Positions 49,001-61,000 of a stretch of 64,000 nt of DNA are shown in pieces; position 1 is the first letter of the stretch; the number at the start of each line of letters is the position of its first letter. A model generated the notes under the pieces. It had not been told where the DNA came from, did not search any database, and saw nothing but the letters and a program-made list of their open reading frames with translations. The translations under genes and the position numbers were made by a program. Source of the stretch: an uncultured Planctomycetia bacterium (GTDB taxonomy: Bacteria; Omnitrophota; Gorgyraeia; Tantalellales; Tantalellaceae); contig CAZNEE010000003.1 of the NCBI GenBank assembly GCA_964572255.1, positions 182,539 to 246,538 on the forward strand, written 5' to 3'.

Positions 49001-52000
49001 CTGTCTTAAAGTTAAAGAAACTATCCATGCCGGCCATCATTACCGCTGCGCTAATTGCGCTCATCTCTTCGCCCGTTGCTGTCTTAATAGCGGAAGCGAA
49101 AGTTTCAGTATTATCTTTAGTCATCACATTAAGCCTTGCTACCGTTGACTGGAACTTATCGCCATTAAATGACAATACCTCCTTGCCCTCTACCGTCTTG
49201 GAAATAAAGAAGCTGTCCATACCGGCCATCATTACCGCTGCGCTAATTGCGCTCATCTCTTCGCCTGTTGCTTTGTTGATGGCGGCTGCGAATGCTTTAG
49301 TGTTATCCGCTGAAAGCATATTAAGTTTTGCTACTGTGGCTTTAAAGCTTGTTCCGTCAAATGAGTCTAATACTTTTTTGCCTTCTACTGTCTTAAAACT
49401 GAAGAATTTATCTATACCTGACATCATAATTGCTGCACTTACTGTGTCTATCTTATCGCCTGTTGCCGTCTTGATGGCAGAAGCAAATGCTTTGGTATCA
49501 TCTCCAGTCAACATGTTAAGTCTTGCTACTGTGTCCTTGAAGCTTGTTCCGTCAAATGATGTTATTTCTTGATTGAAGAATTTTTTCATACCGGAGATTA
49601 TGATAGCTGCCTGCACAGCGCCGACTTCCTTGCCTGTAGCTTTGCCTAATGCACCTTTAAATGAGGCGACATCATCTTTAGTAAGTAAATTGAGGGCTTT
49701 TACGGTAGAGGTAAATGTATCTGCGTCAAAAGAAGAAAGGTCCTCGCTGAACAATTTACTCATGCTTGCCATAATAAGAGCGGCGTTAATCAGGTTCATT
49801 TCCTTGCCGGTTGCATGCTGCATAGCGTCTTTAAACGAGGTAACATTATCTTCAGTCAAAAGACCGAGTGCCTTGATGGTAGAATCAAATGCTTCAGAAT
49901 TAAATGACTCAAGACGCTTGCTAACCGCACCTGTTCTTTCATCTTTCACTTCTTTAAAATTGAAGAACTGTTCCATCCCAGCTAGCATGTCTGCCGCGGC
50001 AGTCTTATCTATTTCGATGCCGGTAGCTTCTGTTAAAACTTTCGCAAATGCTGAAACTGTCTTTTCATCAAGCATATTAAGTGCTCCGACAACTTTTTGG
50101 TTATCAAAGGACGCTACAACCTTCTTGCCATCAACTTCCTTGAAAGTGAAGAATTTATCCATACCCTGGAGCATAACTACAGCATTTAATGCAGGTAGGA
50201 GATCTCCTGTAGCGTTACTCATGGCGCCTGCATAGTTTGCGACATCATCTCGAGAAACCATACCGAACCTTGCAAGATCGAATAATAATGCCCTGCGTTC
50301 CTTGCTCATGCCGGCTATAATATTTATGACATTACCTATTTGCTGAGGACCGAATTTAGCACCGGTTGTTCTTTCAAAATGGCTGATCACCATGCTGAGC
50401 TTTTTAGCGCCTTCTTCTGTGGCCATTTCTTTAAACGCTTCTATTCTTGAAGCAAAGGCTCCCTTTATCAGGTTTCCATCGGCATCAAACTGATCTTTTG
50501 ACCTTACCATTGCCATCATCACATCGCCCAGCCTGATCTCGCCAAGACCTTGAGATTTACGTACTGCATTAAGCGCACCGGCGAAACTTTCCGAGATAGC
50601 TCTTCCCGCACCTGTGGCAAGACTTTCTAATCTATTAAAATCGAATGTCAAATTGCCGGAACTGAAGAAAGTAAAAGTAAATTCGGTATTAAACATCTTG
50701 CCGACAACTATTACATCTTTGACTGAGATGCCTTGTTCGGCCGCGGCGCTCAGGGCGGAAGATTTTAGGGAAGCTTCATCAGGATAAGTCCCGCCGGATA
50801 TGATAAGGGTCTTTTCGCCGGTGATCATGTCAGCTCTTATCGTGAATGTCTCTCCGGTGACCCTTACTTCTTGTGTTATCTTGGTAAGAACTATCTGCGG
50901 TTTGGCAAAAGGTTCTATTGCCACTGCGCCTTGTCCGAATGACTGCAGTGCATCCGTCCTGAACATGCCTACCTGAGCTACGGGGGCTATGCTTGCCATT
51001 TCTGTCCGGCCGACGGAAGTGATCCTTACATCTTCTTCGGCCTTCCCGCCTTCTACCATCTCGACTTTCATGATCTCTGAGCCCTTAGCAAAGAACATGA
51101 TCGTCTCCAGGCCGCCTCTTGCCAATTCCTGCATCGCACCTGCTACTGTTTCTCTTGCGGCAGCTGCAATGATAGGCTCAAATCTCGCAACAACCGGAAT
51201 AAAGATTAATTCTGCCATGAGAGCTTCTGCTCTTTGCGCGATTGTCTCTTTAACATTAGCTCCTCTGAGCCCGCCTATCACCTCTGCAACCTTGGCCATT
51301 TCTGTTTGCGGAATAATATCTATAGGCATGATGTCCAGGATCCTGCCGTCAGCGAGTTTCAGTGCCAATGCCTGGATACCGGTTATCGTCTGTCCTTCCA
51401 CTTTGGAGAATAACAAGACATTATCTACCCATCCTTTTATGCCGGTCCTTAATTCTTTAGCTATAAGGCTTGCCAACGCCATGAATTCCGCAAGAGAAGT
51501 TGCTTTCACTTCGGTAAGTGCAAGGAACTGGGCGACTTTGGCTTCCGCTTGTTCAATATCAAGCATGAACTCGCCTTCCTTAGCCTTCATGAGCTCGATC
51601 TTTGTATCAAGCTCTATTTCGGTGCTTACTCTTCCCAAAAGACCGAAACTTTCAAGCTGGCCTTCTCTATATTCGGAGGCGAATACTGAGTCAGAAGCTG
51701 TGAACTGTATGCCTGTTATGCCTGTACCGGCCGCAACTGCTTCAAATTCTTTGGATATATCAAGAAGTAGCTCTAATCCTGTGCGTTCCTGGATGTCAAC
51801 ATCAGCAAGGCTTATTGTTATACCGGCACCGATCCTTCCCAGCGCCTCAAAAGCTTCCTGGGTGAACGGTATACCGACCGAGCCGCCTTCACCCGCCAAC
51901 CTTATAACATCCCCGGAAACTGTCCTTATGCCTTGTATTACTTTCTCGTCGCTGGCTAATGTTTGCGTGATAACCCCGGCTCCGGTTTCAGCTGAAATTA

Positions 52001-55000
52001 CGTTAGGATCAGCCGCCTTCCGGGCAATGTCTATTTCCACGCCTGCCACGGTCAGCCTGCCTGCTTGCACCCCGGCAGCTCCGAAAACAAGCCCGATCAC
52101 TGCATCGAACACATCCTCAGGCCTTACCCCCGCCAGAATGCCCGCAGTTGTCTCAATGCCTATCTTTCTAAGCTGTTCTTCTGATAAGCCGGTCAACCCG
52201 CCGATATCGATAGTCCCGGCTTCAACATCAACGAACTTTGAAATGTCCATTCTGGTGAGAGCCATTATGGCTTTTGTGGCGGCTCTTTCATCTTCTTTTC
52301 CGGCAACGGATATTGAGACAGTTTTAAGGTCTTCTCCGAGCTTGACTTGAGTGGTATATCTTACGCTTTGAAGCTGTCCGTCTACATAAACCTCGGTCCT
52401 GACTACCTGGACTTTCTTGGTCTCGATCTTCCCCGAACTTGGGTCTCTTACCTGCACCGACCTTTCCGCGAGAACCATATCCCTTCTTTGTACAACCCGT
52501 TTCCTGCCTGTCTCGGGATCTTCGACTATCTCCGTTCCCGGCGGGAGCTTATCTTCAGCCCTTTCGACTACCACCTGAGGCAGCAAGACAACCCTGCCCG
52601 AGATAACCGCTGTTGTGAATACCGTGACTTTCGGCTCCTTGCCTACCTGCTGTCCTGTCGGGTCAAAATCAAACCTCTTCTGTATCCATACCTCGCCGCG
52701 TTTTTCCCATTTGATCATAGTGTAGCCAATGAACCTGCCCTCGAGATCGTAGCTGAAAGTAAAATCTATAAGATCTTTGCCTCCGGTAACGGTAAACTGG
52801 TACCCGACAACCTTATCTTCATCATCTTCACTGGTCACACCAGTAACCATTACTATGCGCCTGCGGTCTTCGAAGATCTGGCCGATCGTTATCTCTTTTT
52901 CCTGCTCCTTTCCCGTATCGTCTTTTTCCTTATATGTCAACTTTTTGTCCTTACCCTCTATCTTCAGGATAAGTTCTATGGCGAGATCGCTTATCTCGAT
53001 CGTCATCTTATCGATCATCGCGGCCGCCTCATCAAGCGTTTTAACTCCGAAAACCTGTGTTAAATATTTCTCATCTGCCCCAAGTCCGGTCCTTATAATT
53101 TCACGGGGATTACTCTGCGCCCTTTTCCATTCATCAGCAATGGTCATTAAACTATCCCGGATAGTATCAAACCTTTCTTCCCTGTCACGGAAATATACCC
53201 ACGCTGCAGCGCCGGCAGTCGCATCATAATCAACAGAGTTAGCTACAGTAGAATAGTCTCCAACCAGCTCATTGCCCGCCAGGAGGGCTTTATTCAGAGC
53301 TACATCCACTGCATCTTCAATAACATCCCGCCCGGTTAACATATCCTTACCAAGCGCGATTTTGAGTATATCTGAAGCCGGGAACATTTTCTCGGCCAGA
53401 TCGTCCTCCTCAACAGCATTAAAATCATCAAGCAGATTAAACACGCCGTCATTGATTATATCGTTGTATTGATTAATGAGGTCCGTCTTTTTCTGATCGA
53501 GTTTCGCTTTATTTAAGTTATAAAGTGCGTCTTCCGCCAGAGAAAGTGCGGCACATTTACTGTCTATCGCCTTTTTCATCTCTTCCCAATTCTCTCTGGC
53601 TGTCCTGCGCTGATCAGCGATCTCATCAAGGGATTCGTCGGTTCGCCGTTTGCTTTCCTTAAACGAATCCATCATCCGTTCGATGGCTCTGTCATGTGCT
53701 GCACCCAGACCCTGTGAGTGGTCTTTTATAACCGTCTCCACCGGTTGAAGCGTGTTTGGATCGGTAAGATACTTGGCTGAAAGGATCAGATCAATAAAAT
53801 CCTTAATATATTTATCTAAAATCTGTCTGCTGGCGGCATCAAAACCGGTATTAAAGCTTTCAACATCCTTTTCGATCAAATCTACTATAGCGCTGTCAAG
53901 CTGGTAAGTCGGATCTACCTGCTTCATTACCTCTTCAAGCGACCTATAACACTGCTTTGCCATAGATTGAAGCTGTGTGATATACCCGCGCTTGATGTTA
54001 GCTTCGGCCCTGTTAAGCTCCCGCCTTGTCTTGTAATATGCTTCATCATTTTCGGCATGTAAATCAGCTTTCCAGGCATTTATGCGGGCTTTTCTTGCGT
54101 CTCTTACAGCCATAAGGTCATCGTTTATATTGTTATACGTCTCATTGATCAAAGCTTCTTTTAATTCAACATTGTAGAAATCCTTGATGTTATCAAACCT
54201 GGCTTCATCCGCTTCCTCAAGCTTTTCTGCAACAAGTTGATCCAGCCAAATTTTCCTAATAAGAAATTCATCGCTAAGATCCACCGAGATCAGATCGGTG
54301 CCTGTATCCGCTCCCTCTATCAATTCAATCGTAGTATACGAACCCAAAATATACGGATCCAGCTCAATAATGCCCACTTCAGTGGTATAGTCCCCGACCG
54401 TGAAGTTGCCCTCTTTATCAACCAAATAATCTGCATCCCCATTACCGGTTAGATCAAATCCGTAGGGATTATATATATAGGAAGACCTGTAATAAACCGG
54501 ATCGGATTCGTCTTCAGGAGCGATATACTTACCTACATGATGCCATGATTCTTCAAGAGCTTGCCAGTAGAACCATTGACGTGCGGTCGGATAATGATGC
54601 ACGAGGCGCTTATCATTAATAGTTGTATAGTCTCCTGTAGGCATGCCAGCCGATGTATAATCCCCGTTTCTTTCCGTGGGCAATTTACCGTAGCTTTCTT
54701 CCTGGAGATCGGATCCAAATCCCCATGAAGTCGAGTATTCATTACTAATAGCGGCTCTGGCAGAATTATTAAGCTGAAAACCAAGGCCATAATAACGCCA
54801 GTATTTTTCCATAAGAGTTTTTATCTCGTTGTTCCGGCTTGTTCCACTTGACCATTTCACGTGCTCATTATCAGCTATGCCTCCTCCATTAGCATTTGTA
54901 GTATATGAACCTGCCACCGCAGGAGTTGCGCCCTCTCCTGCCGGAAATGGTGCGGCTTGTAATGCCGCGTCAACCATAAGGTCTGAAAGTTTCCAGAGAT

Positions 55001-58000
55001 CAGCCATGATGCCCTTGGTTTCATCATCCCGGACATCGGGATTATACTGGTTGCCCTCACCGCTTATAGCATGGAAATCGAACACAACACCCAGATCATC
55101 ATGTCCCAATTCATATAATATCCCGCCCATCGGGTCCAGTATACTTAGATATCCCCCGCCCTGACCCTTTATGTCATTGCGCTTGAAACAGCTATCAGCA
55201 AGATCATCCGCCCCCTTCAGCAGACCAAGCACGGTTGTATCATCACCTGTTGCGCTGATAGCGAGTCTTTCATCCAAGATCGCTGCTACAGTTGAATAGG
55301 CTCCCGTTAAATACCCATTATTGCCAAGCCTATTTTCTCTTTCCTGATTTGTAAACCCTGCACTGAAATTGCTGTTCGGGGAACCGTCACTCGCCGCCTG
55401 TGCGGCACTATCGATCTCATCGAGCATATCGCTTTGGATGGCACGTTCTTCAGCCAAACTGTCTTTTGTTTCGCGCAGCCATTTTCTGGCATCTAAGTAT
55501 GACCACGTCAGGTTGGTTTTGGCGGCCGCTATCTTTTCCCTCGCTTCTCTTTCTATATCAGCAGCCTCCTTAAGCTTATCTGCCGCGCCTATTACTATTT
55601 CTTCATATTTTTCGGTAATAACATCGAAGTTCTCCGTTAGATCAAGTTTAGCTTTAACAGTTTTACTTGTACCGTCGCGGGCTGTAATTTCAACTCCCTC
55701 AAAACCCTGATAAAGCTTCTTAAAATCTGTACTGCTTAAGGGGTTCTTCTTATATCTTGGATCGTCAGGTCCGCCGGAACCGCTATCCTCGTCGCCTTCA
55801 CCGCTAAGACCCAAGCCGTCCCCAAACGTCGCATTCCACCACTCTTGCATATTAACCCAGGCTATCCATGTCTGTGTATCTACAACACCTGTGGGTGGCG
55901 CGCAACTGCCCGTCGCTATTCCTCCTATTGGTTGTTCATAAGGTCCGGTGCTAATGCCTATAAATCCTCCCCATTCGCAATAAACGTTCCACAATGCACC
56001 TATATCAAAGTCAGCATCAGGAAGTTGTCCCCATAGATTTGCAAGCATATCAAGAAGCGACTGGGGCTGATCTTTCTCCCTATCTTCAATAAAGAGAAAA
56101 TCGGGTTTTGCTGAACCATCACCATATTTTCTGCCATCGTTAAATGTTTCACCATTAAGATACTCGCCCAATTCATAAGCTTTATCAAGGAATCCAAGCA
56201 TTTCTTCGCGTTTCTCATGCATTGTATCCAGGATCTCTTCAAAAGCGTCATACACCATGTCCCTCGCTTCGGTGAGAAGACGCTCTACTTCAGTCTGCAT
56301 TGTCACGACAGCGGTCTTAAGAATATCGATCTCACTGTTCATGTTCTCTAAGGCCCCTTTAGCATTTTCAAGTGACGTCCTGATATTATTAAGAGATTCC
56401 TGGTAAGCGCTTAATTGCTGTGAATCGGGAACTGTCAACCAGCCGGCATTAAGCATCTCTTCTATTTCATTTACGCTTAACTGCACTTTATCTGAATATA
56501 TCCCTTGTACACGGGATGTATATTCACCGGTTACCTGCAACAATTCATTTATCTTCTCCGTAAATGCGGTGGTATATTCACCTTGCTTTTGGGCGATCTC
56601 GCTCCCGTCTCCCGTATCAAGCATTTCAGTGATATTAGACCTTAGACCATAACCGTCTTCCCATGGTGTCCTGAAATCATGTATATCTAACCCTTTTAAT
56701 TCCCCGTCAGCATGCCAAAGTTCTTTTAAACATTTATCAAAAAACTTCTCACCCTCTCCAAGCGTGTAGTTGTATACATCAAGCGCCCCGGCTTCATCTG
56801 AATTTGTGTACAGGTTCTTCCATATCGGAACCAACTCGTCCAGATAATCCTGGAGATTACCCTTCTGATCGTTCCAGTAATCCTCCACCTCAATCCTGAT
56901 ATTGCCGTAAGCTCCTGCCAGATCGTCGCTGTATAAACTTAAATAGCCGTCTTCTGCAGGGTTGACGAGCCTGTCCCGGATCACCGTGTCATATTCAGCG
57001 AGGGCTTCAAGATACTCGCTCATCGAAGCGGGCACTGTATAAGAAACGCCTCCCGTGCTTGAAGAGCCGGAGTCTCCCGCGCGCAAAGTAGCATAGGTTC
57101 TTTCGAGCACGCTTTCATTTATCGGGATAGGTATCATGCTGCCGTCCGGACCTATTTGAAATAGATCTATATTGGTCTTTCTTCTTGTGCCGGTCTCTGA
57201 ATTAGAGGAATCCGTACCATAGTCAAACCTTGGCCACCATAACCTTTCAAGAGGATACCCCTGATAAGAAGAGCCGTACTCTATGATCAAGCCCGGTTCG
57301 TTGATCCCTCCGTCATCGCCTCTCGTGAAGTAAGTGATCTCCCATCCGCCTCCGGCAAGATTTTTTACCTGTTTACGCCATGTGCGGTTATCTCTAGGCG
57401 GCTGTATATTCAGCTCGCCGAGGAACTGTCCGTATTTATTGTTAAGTTCATTTTCCTTAGGCCCGTAATATTGAAGTGATGTTAATGTCCCTTTCCAGTC
57501 GTAACTTTCAATTGACATGCTTACGCCAAATGGCTCATAAAGATCGACGCCTGCCATGGTGTAATTGTAAAGATCTTCAGGGAAAGGTATCGAGCCGTAC
57601 CAGTATCCATCATGAGAAGAAACGCCCTGGCCGCTTGTAATACCAAAGAAACCGCCGCTTGAGGTGCTGCCACCGGCAAAACTTGACCTGCCTGCGCCTT
57701 TGATCTCTTTTGCTTTTTCGTCTTCAACTTCTTCTCTTTCCGGTATATTCGTAAATGTAACAACATAACCGGACCATTCTCTCATGAAACTGTTCTTAGA
57801 AACCGTCAGCTCCTGGCCATCCTCGATTATCGTGAGTATGTCGTCTGCATCTATATCTGTAACCGTAAGATAATGGTTCGATCCTATATACGCAAGAACC
57901 GTCGCACCGCTCTGAATAAGCGCTTTAAGAGCACCGAACCCGTGTCTTCTGCTGTTATAAGCGGAGTATTCATACACATCAGGCGTGCCGTCTTCGTCAA

Positions 58001-61000
58001 AATCAATAGCAATAAGATCATTGATATCCTGCGGGCTGAGGTCGGAAGAGATAAGCACCTCCATCATATCGGGTATACTGTCAGAATCTTTATCATCGAA
58101 ACCGGCGGCATCAAGATCGGCATAGATCGCATATTCATAAACATCCGGCACAAGGTCAAGATCAACATCCTGAGCGAACAGACTGTTAACATCCGTGATC
58201 GTTATAAGGTCTCCCGCAAGAAGAATCTCAAGCTCATCAGGTATGTCATCTGTATCAGTATCAAGCGGTACTTCAAGATCATAGGCATAAGCTTGCTGAC
58301 CGGTCTGGTCAAACGCGGTCTGTTTAAGTCCGAGAAGTGATAACTCAAGCTCGTCCCCCTCACTCGGAGCATCAGGTATAACTTCAAAGATAATATCGTT
58401 TATTATCGCCTGCGCGGCCATTGCCGCAAAATCCGTAACAGCAGCAACAGGATCGATGAATGCTTTAAGTGCCGTAAAAGCGCTCATGCCGAAATGTTCA
58501 GATTGTCCGTTGAGCCAATCGAGTATGTTGCTGATAGCTTCCTGTGTCTTGCCGCTTACGTTCTCAAGCCAATCTGAAACAAAATTAATCACGTTCTCTC
58601 TTACAAACTCATCGATCACGCTGATCCCGGAGAATATTATGCTTGCCGATCCGGCGATTTCTTCGCCTTCAGAAATATTCGCCTCAAAGTGAACGGCATC
58701 TTCCCCGGTTATCCTATCGGCCAGATCATCCAGAGTCATTGGCGTTGAGTCTATATCGGTTAACATGGTGGTCCCGTCGATACCTATCTCAAAACCTCCG
58801 ACTATTACGAATGAATCGAGAGAGGAAAGATCAAAGTCCACCAGATCCGGCTCAGCCATATCAACTTCTTTAACGATCAGCTCTTCAGCTATCCAGCCCG
58901 TCTGATCCTTTTCTACTTCAGCTTCAACAAAAATGTTATCCTTCTTTTCTTTTACTTCCAGCTTTATCGCTGTACCGTTATCATCAGTGACTTTCACGTA
59001 AGTGGAGAGTCCGTTTCTTTCATTGGTATTAAATATATCAACAAGTTCCCACCATGCTATACTTTCACCGAACGAATCCAGTATCTCAACAGCTTCAGGA
59101 TATACAGCGAATTCGACTATATCTTCAACGGTATCAAGATCCGTATCTTCCATTAAACTCGACATAGTATCAAGATCTCCAAAAAGCAAAAATTCCAGTA
59201 TGTCATAAACGCCGTCTGTGTCCGTATCACCGATAATCCATTCATCGCTGTCAATATCAATAAGGTTGCCGTATATGATATATTCGATTATGTCCGCCAC
59301 ACCATCCGCATCAGAGTCATGCAGTATGGTATCTCCCGGGTTCATTACACCGAGATCACCGTAAAGCGCAAGTTCAAGACTGTCATAAATATCGTCCGCA
59401 TCTGTGTCTGTATAACCAGAGGCGTCTCTGTAAAGGCTGTCGGCAAGTACATAGCCCACGCCGTTTACAGTTATCGTCCTTGCTATATAATCTACGCCGT
59501 TTACCAGGTAGTCAGGGTTATCCTTTATAAGATCGAAAAGGTCCTGAACAGTAAGAGGCGTTCCTTCTTCGGAGAACATAACAGTTTCACCGGTTATACT
59601 AACAGTCTTCTCGCCTACATCGATGGTGCTTGCGGCCGTGTTCACATCGTTCAGTTTTCCGTTTATAACAGTGGATAAGACAGTTGGGATCTTTATCTTC
59701 TCAGCCTGCCACGGGTTTTCCTCCGACTGCGTTACCCATGCATATGTGTCAATTCCGAAAAATGAGTTGCTATCATAGATCCTTTCAAGGTCCTCCCAGT
59801 TGAAATGCGCACCGGATATATCCTCTACATAAAAATCCGGAGCCGGTGAAAGCGTAAAATCAACTCCGCCAAGAGTGAACATATCACCGGAAGCATCAAG
59901 ATTATCCAGCACACCGCTGATCATTGGAACATCAATAGCTGAAATAGCTTCAAGAATGTTGTCGTACATATCCGTTATAAGATCTATTCTCTTTATAAGC
60001 CACTCGCCTTCTTCCCACACAAGGTTTGCTTGTACATAAATAGCTGCCGACATGTCTCCGGTGATCAAATTGACCAGATCGTCAAGGCCCTGTAAATCTA
60101 TAGGCTCTCCCCTGTCATCATAAAACGCATAATTTTCGGCAAGCTCATACGGAGTACCGCCTAATGTGACGGTGGTATCCGTACCTATATCCACCGATTC
60201 GATCAGCTCCGTGATATCGCGCGTGTAATCAATCGGTTTGGTGCGAACATGTAACTCAAAGGCCCGCATTGTTCCGTCCGGACGATATGAAGATCCAACA
60301 TCCACGAAAGTATCTATATTCTCTAAAGCGTTATCCTGCATTATCTGGTCCAATTGATCTAGACTTATGGAATTGCCGTTAAAATCTGTGATCTTTGTAA
60401 GCGGTGTTATATCAAAAACCAGGCCCTTTATGTCGATTGTCCCATCAACCGGATCCAGACTGTTTATCACAATGCTGTTAATCTTGCCCGTGGCATCCGT
60501 TGAACCGGAAAGATCCGTGAGAAGATCCACCCTGGTGACATAAAATACATCGTTTACCCTGCTGGTTTCCACCCTTAGATACATGCTTCCGGCTATTAGA
60601 TCATACAAATATTTAAACTCGCCAAAGGAAATGCTGCTTCCATCAATATCGTAAAAATGAGTTCTTTCATCTATCTCATAGGTATTATTATCATAAATAA
60701 TTTCCCCTTTATTCTCATCGGACTGATTTACATTAACCGACAAGCTGCTAGCCAATATATGATCGAATGTAAAGCCAAGTTCAGCGGTAAAAGTTCTTAC
60801 TAGTTGAATTTCAGCCGCTTCCCATTCATTGCTGCTTACTTCGAAGATCTTTAGGGTAACAACATCCTGAAGACCTTCTTCAGCGCTTGATCTCAATCTT
60901 TCCATCAAGTTATCTAAACTAGTAACATCTCCGGTAATTAAGGTGCTGCCGGTGATCCTTACCCGGGTCGTACCGTTGATTTCTATAAGCTCATAATCAG

